A stretch of 59,025 nt of DNA, filler included, from Stramenopiles sp. TOSAG23-6 (Eukaryota): NCBI GenBank assembly GCA_900128565.1. It is 2 parts of 2 records of this genome, joined end to end, with 100 filler letters (N's around TTAATTAATTAA, not from the genome) between each part and the next. Parts side by side here need not be neighbours in the genome. Positions count along the whole stretch, not along the records: positions 29,690 to 59,025 come from LT635971.1; 1 more part is not named here. One strand, given 5' to 3'. Every line of letters begins with the position of its first letter. Within the stretch, counting starts at the first letter, position 1. Made by a program: the position numbers and the translations under genes. A model generated the notes under the pieces. That model had not been told where the DNA came from, made no database searches, and saw only the letters and a list, made by a program, of their open reading frames with translations. Shown one piece after another: positions 47,301 through 53,900 of the stretch.

Positions 47301-47541
47301 CTATATTATTCAAGTATGCAATAGAACTATCAGTATTATTCTCTTTAAGTAACAATGGTATGTTGCTCTGTGATAACCGCTTGTGGGTAGACAATGGTTC
47401 TAATTTCCCTCTAAAATACTTTGTTAAGAAGTCACTTGAGAATATATTTTCTAGTTCAACTTGAATTAAATGTTTATCTTGATGAGGAGCAGGAAGAAAC
47501 GACCAACGTTGCCCACTGAGAATGCCTGAGTTATTCCCCAT
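32314..47541 (-). CDS. Giant HERC-like HECT E3 ubiquitin ligase (RCC1 repeats, LamG/ConA-like, Di19-like zinc finger, UBA, FN3, SPRY, HECT), 5075 aa, uninterrupted
   Basis: RCC1: GxNxYGQLG, ACGQYHS. Zinc finger: CPYC...H...H, CPIC...H. UBA: LMVMGFPKDWCNLAL. SPRY: GDTIGVVLDMDRGTLSF, LFPAV. HECT: FEGEGVDDYGGPYRE, LPKAHTCFFSL. Confidence 0.95.
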   Translation of the reverse strand: MGNNSGILSGQRWSFLPAPHQDKHLIQVELENIFSSDFLTKYFRGKLEPLSTHKRLSQSNIPLLLKENNTDSSIAYLNNIDPELIMKHQQIELVRRIRLLCETDDIFTASLCQRVSLLQWVHQAHRRDSANVLHFSLNDQSINDRQYKKNEKRDKIKNFHEHYTTDTFSNEVNIEHGQHNEPSDISMCLRLLALMISCITEPDFALNEKKYFLLDLSEVILNLAPASIVPSIANRLLNSNRKLLSKDDSPKVNNSSNTDFNVKDDKNDSLQQNSDKNIIKQLRLGSYQILDAIRDFLYCSTLYNSMSTIEKLQNKEERELDENKELDNRCLSIKYSTCGVTSLLGLALARGSLHDLLLVVATLLDIPETKYLPKTQDKVQHKKRVDAKLPSTCALSVSGIGSSEDNTGLISASFMGIKLEFDDNSKQNMCQNNPSNSNSNSNSKSNDISDNKTSKGRFLELNVLPYICQIAATQPTIEQSHVDNSFDKAEVWTCGQNSYGELAHDDDKARTVLTKVNSLDDKNVVQVAAGNEHTIILTRGGVAYTAGYNDNGQCGLGNTSRVSSLSKIDSFSDQDQCISHIHAYNGCEHSLVVTTDGKLWSFGYNYRGQLGQGNTISQTTPKLVNSLSRHKVALVSCSYYHSFISCDSGDSFSFGRNDFGQLGLGDKIDKSQPQRVDTLLGIHLRGVACGQYHSMVATDAGKVLACGKNDYGQLGIEGDECHTRPTAVLNLTTLGGQPTKALQIRCGYYHSIVLHKDGLISFGRNDYGQLGLGHTTQRVHEPTSITELEGAGICKIAAGCYHTVAVAKSGLLYVFGRNNHGQLGTGDTNERHKPVMLQLFLGKHITSIATGFYHTIVLTGRNVSPRHSKKSKKPMTPEYSSQALLSNPLFKIPLPYKEVDPSTQEECTKELTPKETLDEQANKNESNNEDPLLNNSTTSLTVENESLVQNSYSTLVTRVATQLKLNSKLLLEPISPYKTAVLLLAHIERLATAHSFMKTAGFQSLISSEAAHDEAGLSGKWKQWCNRNNDAPTNRFEPPILPKLWALYCIEATPQTFAMILSLLRYLSNPXKKCDESKTYHNGIKNIDSIRPHLLHACLQILKLNIIAILKSGIGARCMLKQDVQTLYNYGSGEKTDDTTLKFDLEYRSADAHDAAMRAILRRIHTCLVHIIETPLGFKSIAVLNHIQRESAYVLVTGLELFYPSREQKIRLLTAILDNSTNEMNKDCIGSISKKTKSCLLGPLLERMNDNTILSQLLPTTDATENWIYTYDQSTFTSTPRSTDKKKKAARISDGRRSKSPVSPTDDIANFQTMVNGVVTQIASDTTSEISRIVSMIKGKEYFEIRKSKESGESSTEIPSEFKPEDIKKAKQTASNNLQQSKANANSDVNIDTESSEEENWIPANPRLSSMIKLLLSQERLLFSWAGNDAVDTEVASSGATLSDEGKLIPIVTHATVSFPGTDEWGRRNISSRMSNRSTGTRTSQNSFTQSYGHQLSMPISWQCLVAYSILVMKQCCSIIKNSQLNWAKFDVKNSIESDRELFVQQCVKLLKSSLVGSVLPSLVTGLLLFARHLHISAALLPTLSELLRGIDDFNKLVPAIISAESSYYLQSLPFEKSCENSGHFDGGCSLIASALDIPWLLTLEKTLGVLAGRFAATLILGNTYSSDTDALNVLFCNEAYREWLEHPLFEGGLKIETLNKHKEIIGITLFKDDIYKRGRSIPVNFEDTKKTIVEQLWGNKQVVGWVGTTPRELKTFLTDLVSGKMAGGIFAMWMRLSSQRKHFGYRMALRQGSSGAGIEAKAMDKAERALFATLLCHTVQQHQALAWCRGIISGFDIEENQLYTLSEVELKNLVKELAKKRTPPRHLLQLWDSCVKLRMWLVGQRSALMAKAESHSNMNTPVVHERSKSRGKNVLSRNGRASSRRGVNKENVLGVWMTVHKYISDVVKLCDSVIKRAHLLLAFEPHFEKLIYIRRAYEPHSIQPSDNCSFGENRESEIRRKSKWRIVRMAFHCTRQWKLSLSQSRRAPEEFFGKPQSNISKGEFAASKNFASATDDMMRYLSRDESLVAILSFVRRTRQAEPKASTLLALVLDNVRRAVVRQAGLNITRNLIDHVSFTSVKSDMLRGIPHALRVNKASSGSVHHHLQSVGPVLLSKVWSSFCYLYQHLTSIISQCSLHPMFTSIISRANSPIIPKEIHEDSDDGIQSLMKTLNFRGISPDYSLQQGGQNSESNGPVIVTTSPSAVFAPKMVSEFTKDHNSMQKHQLKSSTFSINGATVAELKLVAIVLNAWALHFRVKHFKFLASVGIFDTLENFIAMLQICSHKEISKVMNSSASKEYAYMPGTTRVQVGSVGVEGNKTATHKTPLRKKLNKMPNDNTKTLYIQKEIKRLQSAVWSIFRLLSVQIVTLPESFAIHISPVFDVFHRMALRALAQLRGSDNLLDGIININKTASSNMERSSSDPQSQLLIGQSKFFTFKFVEKTKPEAFADITPVNNDNEYTCISVSQNLLDYRESFHADPGNTIKSEAFGILGDVGSYSISLWIFPTKEFSKHHGFIFGRSCKENNNTPDISNTVYGPFICIQPTSGRVCVIFDPLAPKSTNFGDVTKTRNVYLISKNVVPLFKWTHISLVLETKTGIGTLYVNGELNNRCKLRPAKGKTRVGTEPLAEKDNELEDNVYRESEFLAEKVTESNNVYRESEFCIGYTSLKWRRLPWNVSFVPLSGSIAQCRYYARALSFSEILKMKDNSPVGTGEQRDTYGYQICSLLSYLARSKVGKVVFIREQWLRLFVQLFVVGTTRLQHIILIALGHVLKNISPDMIDNETLCAILEDNSEVNATKIVPLTMKTTIITCLLQMMGKAMWRKLPNSQFVPTCHTLSTSSRFSGFTIDTPKKNNNITLPPPSVLLASGLSNLLRDLAGSPLWEAIVKEELKSSICSLPENLKLVTRLTDANNKNAKMVGGKNSPRQLFLSSLALGQLLRGLASLCILGGNDSNEIHLDNISQSIGRKLTGNCDKKQKCLMNRSIFDPQEFIPVIFHFLSDSKKISSQQTEHYQNKQIIDDIPANIKGPEVKEEYSEGEYKDIDTLAPAVSHEESLKKPDIPGKAGWKLKDEKQKLKQKKCHPMGIPQQESATLRAQLLSRTMKVLKCLLQDVKWTYEIITSKDKLAVYLLDLASKRFPQTEFVNLDEMETKVLQQRQKLFDLQCERYQCMKASKNQARSIRQHTSEKGSIWMRSSTDTKSSLSLMCPYCAASKLDERHLIFHVLENHENDTRPVVCPICTESRNPEPPRISYDFTTHLEVHHRSVLFFDASAKPPDEHKQSFINTQFEVHNDNDDNGDSMIKGSENEPKTEFAPIELVHELMVMGFPKDWCNLALKESNNDIAGASTWIIDNLDLLSLRTHEIDDDDESQDSNIEDAYQDEVEDSEDDEEYLMKLKHTNEKGDYKTLNDSDTEQRKLSIDGQVESDSMNTDMNEGNGVDHNTKSGKDMEDLLEYEYAERKSSPSDFMFPITYSHQVQRQEEIYIGNTQKNELRGGSNGLLSVSYDEFQNYRYPSVKPTNMPVGDKQNTMKNLRNINKINIEYSAILSTLLKSEEILATLYARASVFQLLRSWISLDNTANTPINTTIKECKGRDHSGTSPQSLSMDYRLLAEGDTGLQQLIQLLELSTTYFTMHYGINHPSAVSQNHHPGNNTCRLLWCSLFRMLTRDQDKFHEREKQDPKKLENALFQYAMSHFVEARYDRYKNVVWGAREFRPSDSTTGMPCVELSLWIFRLLIATKSPQIFRVSSFKCIAEGFRSPNIPLKEATSLVLTWILRAWMPTNDEIKSLTYTENTDGKISDSIPTKREIPTLRERQLALEVLPLERLVTITQRRNEKEEGTKEIMRSGYLRSLVDLLIASKYIIYPGEIGQREHLEENKTSGSSPADTTISQEIPTPAAPVVEERFPDSVNVAWHVVISGYSQKLAKNNYSEAQNKTSETKEDVGNTFRKSTETKTYKKEKEEKSENTHSNLRNLSDQVWFTLELSDGIHGFTKAYHGQEQHCTIPDLSARYSYTCRVRTEIGSKFSSWSPLCRVLAGDELPFRFDPSKSGPNIHLSPDGLTASFTSNEMWSTVLGTSGFAVGINRWAIHIEKSVTAYIFIGVATRDVSICNFLGGDAHGWGYIGDRALYHQRAKLKTYGERFSQGDTIGVVLDMDRGTLSFSHNGVSLGIGFEGLSGKLFPAVAFYNRGQRLSLVQDEFHCPGIGIVAAGVPSSVLQYTKLSGIVECVRCMIRGQRLSKLFLHRCYEAYVLWISGDSKRSLTRGGNEIQFNLSEKACSSLGHGFLSGDRVQTPRGVAVVVGVADNKLWFHVDGDIGAWFFSEREIRMNKQKFKLLSRDEKKRGTGVANNVHKNGSIINDQLTNEASQSHLSFVQFCAAVEHVKWTSDADEIIIDAINNVCFTTTKNPWNLGTDFVKTLEPKLLANSRGALTKAVIEARLSLLKEFNDDVIKLIPFCDMTVGFCSPYLVKPPLQDIYWMAGWSTLEDTIDKDPLRHIPHGFRNPALPAGIDAIGVDRESLGALISDARRWLFVHEKKKIIKRILAKSSTKAKKADDDYDYPDDLPQVVLNRPKASAARERMDPIARLSGSLFGQLFDELHFLDPAILRIAYSHPMDDGQQRAFKVKFEGEGVDDYGGPYRECFAQLCSELTALKPKAPNNQMREQLTATSVEREHTECILHLLVPTPNGDGSYTANPAVCNEITPRTSLYLEMFNFMGQLLGISLRNRISLPLELASMIWKPIVGQTLTPDDIRRMDKTAWTSCFELRKMQHQATINKQADKEARNIGKQPRFSKSKDSVSKLLREMNWTTITSDGTEVTLGNISNTKPLNIYNLDDFLHRTMYARMSESQSGTIAIREGLFSVVPKWGLAMLTWKEMRTMVCGQHEVNIDMLAENTEYDDDISIDDPHVQSFWRTLRNFTTEDKCAFMRFVWARSRLPATSEEMTQKFKIQAPAGSGPKTSPDIYLPKAHTCFFSLNLPKYSSDEIMRTKLLYAIHHCVEMDADFRLADNEMGGWDEVDIQADLKENESLMFG

Positions 47542-47930
47542 TTTAGTCTGGCTTAATGGGAAAATTCAAACACCAGAGTTACTAGAGTTACCCACACTTT
47601 AACAAGAAGGATCCGTAATTCTAATAAATAATGACGAGGAGGGGAAAATTTTCGTAGTAGTCGTAGTAAGCCTAGGACTCGGCAGTTACATCGCGATCGG
47701 TTTAACTTAACGGATCACCCGTTCTACCTTTTACGTATACTGCAAGCCTATACTCGCAGTACCTACTAGTAATACGTAGTAGTACGAGTTAGTACAGGTC
47801 TAAAAGATACTCTAGTAACTACAACTAGTTCCAAGGGGCACTTGTTATATATTTTATTTCGTTTTGTATTGGTTGGGAACATTTGTCTTCTTATTAGTGG
47901 CGTTTAAAACAAAAATCATCAACGTAGTCG

Positions 47931-50900
47931 ATGGCAAATCGCCCTACGTCATCATCCCTCACAACCTCCAAGTTTGCCCCAAAATTTAGTACCCAAACCG
48001 TTGCATCTTCTAACCTTTCCATTTCTACAAGTAACCCATATTTTGTTCCTGGTGCCGTTAGACTACCAAGGCATTTTGAGAATACCAATGAAGAAGATGA
48101 AATATTAAATATACGTGACCAACGAAGATCACGGAGACGGAGAAGAAAACGCTGGATGAAATTTGGGAAAGCTCGAAGTGTAGTTTGGAATGGAGGTTAC
48201 TCTGGTAAAGCAAATAATGATGCATCGTTTAGTGCAGGACAACAACATCCAGCGACTTTGGGAGTTCGCATGCTAAAGACAAATATACTTGATGGGCAGT
48301 TGAAATATATCGATTCAATAGGAAATAACCCGTATATACATCCTGCTTCCTATGTAACTTGTGCACATGAAAAGGGCACAAACCCATTAATTGGAGCGAA
48401 TTCAAATGACGTTTGCCGATGGTTAAAAGCAAATGGTCTTGAAGTTTTCGTTGAATACTGNGATGAGCAAGAACTTGATGGGGNCATCCTTCTCAAAATT
48501 ACCGCAGAAGATCTTATTGAAATGGAAGAAGGCTCAAAAGCACAACAAGACAGTTTATTATTGGCAATAAAAAGGGCATGTGACGTGAAAGCACCTCCTC
48601 GTAAACCTCCAAATGCCACAATGTTACGACCTGTATCTTCCAGCGATAAATACCATCCTCATTTAGCTAAGGATTCATTGTCAGTGCAGTTTTTAACGCC
48701 AGGGGAAAATCATTTTCATGCGGAGTACTTACATCCTGCGTCAGTATCATTTGAATCATCTATCGAGCCTTGGAGATTGCAGTATAGTATGCAAACTTCC
48801 ATAATTAATCCTGTTTTCTATGGACAATATATTGATGCACCGCCACCTCCAAGAGGAAAACCGCCAGTGGTATCTGCTGTATCCTTAACTAAGATGCGGG
48901 TTCAATGGATAGACCCATCACAGCCTATTAAAGATGTTTCGGATGAGAGTAGTCCGCGCAAAAAACATCATAAACGTAGAAAGTCAAGACGTTCGACAAA
49001 AGGAGAAATGAAAAAAACCTTTAAGGATGGTATAAAATTACCAACGGAAAAAGTGGTACTTTCGTCAATCGCAGCCGAAGCTATTGGTTGGCCACGTGTC
49101 AAACTTGGTTCTTCGAAGAAATCCAAAATAGTACCCATGATGAAGTACACCAATCAGAAACTTTTAGAAAATACTAAATATGATAATGCAGCGGATGAGG
49201 TAAATACGAGAAACACTTCAGCTACTTGTGTTTATGAAGTAAATAATCTTCCCATCGGACTACCCTGTGATTTTCGTGTTAAATTTCGTAATGAAAGTGG
49301 CTGGGGTGTGTGGTCAAAATTATCATTACCAGTAAGAACAACAAACTTCTTGAAGTCTTTTGTTTTTACAAGTGTAAAAATAGGAAAGCAAGGGTCTCTT
49401 AACTCAGCAATATCATTAGCTGGGACACGAATACATAGGCGTCTAACATCTCGATACTATTGCGGAATTCCGAAAGAAAATGCAATATATTTATCAAATT
49501 GCAAGAAGGAAAAGTTTGTTGAGAAAATGATAACATTTGCATGGAACATGGGATATTCAGCTAGATCATCACAATGTCATTTAATATTCTATTTTTCAGT
49601 TGCTACTGCGTGTTGCACTATTAAAGGTTCGCTGCAATCTTTTATTGTTTTTGAAGATACACTATTTGATTCTTTGGATGGCTTTAAGAAAACATCAGTA
49701 TCTTTCAGTGAACTCGCGGAATTAATCAAGAATACAAATGGTCGTAGAAAGTTAGTAATTCTAGATATCTGTCATGAAAAAATTACAGGGTTTGAACGAA
49801 AAATGAAGTCTGGCATTGGATCATCTACGACACTTTATGGAAACCCGCATAATGGCGCAGTAGCCAAAATGTCCACNAGTTGTGGTCCAGGCGTCGTCGT
49901 GTTTTCTTCTTGCTCTGAACCATTTCAACCTAGTAAAGCTTTCCGCAAAGCCAAAGCCCGAGCATTGAAGCGTAATCTGCCCATTGAGGATTTTCAACCA
50001 GCGTTTGCAGGTTATGCAACTGCAGCTGAACTTGAAGCAGATTTTCAAAATCGAATGCAGTATAAAGGGTCTGAGTACTTTAAGAAGGTGACATTAGAGG
50101 CGGAAAAGGTACGAATGACAGAAATGGATGGAGTGAACGCAAAAGACCGCGAAGAAGCCAAGAAAATGTTGGCTCGATATGAGCGTGCTCGAAAGCTTAT
50201 GGATGCAGCTGGAGATTACGAAAGAGCAGAAGTTTCAGAGCATTCATCTGATAGTCAAAATGAGCTATTAGCCACTTCAAAAGAGAAAAAGTCGAAGGAA
50301 AAGACGAAGAAGAAAAAGAAAAAACTGAAGAAGAAACCAATCGAAGTACCCAAAAAGAAAAAGGGTGAGGGAAATAAGGACGGTGACTCTGACAGCGACT
50401 GGGAAGAAGATCGAATTAAAAAAGCTAAAGCGGCAGCAAAAGCAGCTAAAGAAAAGGCAGAACAAGATGCAATTGATGCAAAAGAAGCAAAAAAAAAGGC
50501 CGCAAAAGAAAAAAAGAAGGCAGAGGCTAATGAAATAAAGAGACAACAAAGAAGAGAAGCTCGACTCAGAATGCTTCCAGGATGGCAGTCTAAAATAGAC
50601 TCTGAAGGTTGTGTGGTTTATGTAAATAATATGACTGGCGAGAGAAGATATGTTAGACCATTGGTTGAAGATGCAGTCAAAGTTTCAGTATTTTCTTTCT
50701 TTCTCNTGAAAGGGTTAGCTAGTGACACGGACAGTCCTGTAAAATCGCGTCTTGGAATAGATTGTAAACTTCTTTGCGATTTCGTCACAGAAAATACAAC
50801 TNCAGCGGCTAAGTCTGTTATAGCTGCAAGTGTGAGTCATGCAATTACCCTAAAAAAACTGAAACAGAAGAAAAAAAAGAAAAATAAAGAACCCGAACAT

Positions 50901-53900
50901 AAAAAAGACCCAACGCTGGTTGGGGCCTCACAACAAAGGCCGTGTATATTCTATCTACCATTAAGTGGGTTGAAGATAAAGTATCAACTACAAGCAAATG
51001 AAAATGAACGCATANCACTAAAGGCCGACGCTGCCTCCTCAATGGCAAAACTTGCGGAAGAATATGCATCCGCGGAAGCAGCTGCAGAAGCGAAATATCT
51101 CGCCGAAGTTGAGAGTAAAAATAAACAGGAACAANAAAAACAAAAAAAGAAAAAGAACAAAAAAACTGAAGTACCAGGATTTGCAGATGTCGCAGAAAAA
51201 CATGCATGTGTCGCCGCTCAAATTGCGGCCGAAGTCGCTGCAGAGGCTGAAGCTGCTGAAAANGCCTTAGTGGAAGCAGCTGTAAAAGCCAAAGAAAGAG
51301 CTGAAAAAAATGAAAGCGATGAAGAATATTCAGAAGAAGAAAAACAAGATGTTAAACCATCGAAAGGAGNAGCTTTGCCTATAGCTCAGTGGCATGTATG
51401 GCTTCGAGGTGAGCTTTGCGACGAAGCAAAACTGAAGCCCCCCGAAGTAAAAAGTAAAAGCTTATTTTCAGGGCACATGGGTAGAATTCTTGATGTAACC
51501 CAAAAAACAGCNCAAATGTCAACATCTGCAAATGTTCAGACACCAAATTTGGCGAAACCTTCATTTATAACACACCGATCTGTGCGTGTCATCGAACCTG
51601 ATTTAGTAGCTGATCACCCTGAAGAACTTTCCGAAGAGATTGTAGATTTTAAAGGACCTACTATGGAGAAAAAAATTGAAAAGAAAGCTGGATCTGCATT
51701 TTGGCCATCTTCTGAAACTTGGGTGGATATACGCATTGGTATCTTAAAAACTCCTCACCCAAAGGAAGTGCCAAAGAAAGGTGAACATGCGTTAAAACAT
51801 ACTTTGAGTTCTATCGTGGAATTGCAAAAATCTTCAAACACAGAGAATACGAATACTAATACAACGCAACAGCGCGCCAAACTTGCTGGCGCTAGTGCCT
51901 TTCTTCGAGTGACTGCTAAAGCGAGAAAAGATAATTATACAAAACTGAGTTCTGATACAGTTGAGGAGAAAAAGAAAGAAATAGATGCTCTTAAAAATAC
52001 CGTAGAACATGATGCATTAAATCAAGGTATTCGAGTCGGCGAAGTTGGTGCCAATAAGACATCCAAGAAAAATAGAAAAGAAGAAAAAACAAAAGTGACT
52101 TTTTCACAACGGGCAGAGCAGATACGGGTGAAAGCATTGGCTCTTAAGGCAAAAGGAGAAAGCTTGGCTGCTATTGCAATGAAGGCAAAGGAAGAATACA
52201 TTGCTCGCAAATCTATGCCTGAGGAAGAAAAACAGAAAATACTGGAAGATCAAGCAGTTGAAATGGCTGTTACTGGCAATGCTCCCCCACCTTCTCAAAT
52301 GCAACTNGCAAAAGCTAAGTTTAAGGCTGTNGCAGCCATGGCAGCCAAAACTGCGCAAGCAAAACTAAAGACTCAAATGAAGGAACGCTTAGGGGTTGAT
52401 TTGAATGAACTCATTGAAAAGATCCCATCACAACTTCGGCCTTCTAGTCGTGCTGGCAATGATACAGACGAAGAAAAAGATGACGATAAAAATAAAATGA
52501 NAAAAAATGCTAATGTAGTTGCTGATGCCGTGGCGGAGCGCCTTGCATCATTGGTTCGCGGCGAAGGAAATAAAGAAGAAGTTGCCAAAGACCTTTCGAG
52601 AAGAAAAAATAGAAAACCTAAAACACAACTGGAAGAAGTAGCTTTACTTGAAGCAGAGATCGAAAGGATGAACAATGGAGATGGCCAAGAAATTCATAAA
52701 AAACATAGCAAAAGAGGTGGTCGTGATGCCGAGGCAGATGCAGCTGCGTCTGCAGTTCTTGCCAACGCTGTTAAACATAAAAAACGAAAAGTTCCGAAAA
52801 TCATGCAACGGGCCATGGAGGTGCAACAGATGCGAACTTTAAANAAAGGATCTCCTGTAGATTTAAAATGTACAATGTCGTTTCCAGTATGTTGCCTCCC
52901 TTTGGCACCACCAGCACCTCGTAATATCCGCGCGCTGTGCAGCACACATTCAAGCATAACAATTGAGTGGGAGAATCCAGCGGATTTAGACTGGGTTGAA
53001 GCGGTAGATGAAGCAAAAAAAAATCAAAGACTCGCTAGAAGTAACCAAAAGAAAAATAATCGAACGAGCAAAATGAAACCTAAATCTAAGGAAGCAAAAA
53101 TGATCGAGAAGAAGCGAATGGAAGAAGCTATTAAAAATGAGGCAAAGCCAGCAGAGAAACCTCAATGGATGCTGGATCGTATTGCGGAAAAGGAGGCTGC
53201 AGAAAAGTTAAAAGCTGAAGCAGAAGCTAAAGCAAAGGCAGAAGCAGATCGAATTGCAGAGGCTAACATGACTGCTGCTCAGCTCCAAAAACGGAAAGGA
53301 GAGAAGGAAAAGCAACAAAGGATTGAACGAGAAAAACAAAANAAACAGAAAGAGAGTGAAAGAAGACGTGCAAATATACTAACCCCTGAACAAAAGCACG
53401 TTTATGAATTGGCTGAAGTTGCTCGAAAAGTACTCACNAAGGATATTGATAATACAGTACCAAGGTGGAAAGGCGCGCCTATACTTGAGTTTGAGTTTCA
53501 GAAAAGAGGCATCCTTCGAGGCAACAAAAACTGGGTAGCTGCTGGAACATGCCCAGGTAGCCGTCGAATCACTAGAATAACAAAGGCCGACAAACTCCTC
53601 GCNGACGANGAATCATACAACCAGTTATGGAATTTGGAAGAAAAGGCAATTCGTCGACGAAACAGAAAAATAAGTGCTGCTAAACAAGCTATGGCTATTG
53701 GGGGTGGACCATCAACGATGGAAGCGAAAAAAAGACGAGCGAAAATGTCCATGAGTCGTCTGGAGCGCGAGGCAGAGGAAGATGCGCTGATTTCAATAGC
53801 ATCTAGTACTTCACGTCTCGAAGAAAAACGCATTACTCACACACAATGTGTTCGATGCTTGACAAGTGGGACAACTTTTATGTTCCGAATCAGAGCTCGT

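Noticed and set aside
47724-47740. CCTTTTAC resembling U5 snRNA loop I
   Set aside because: Lacks the leading G, an extended stem and an evident Sm site.
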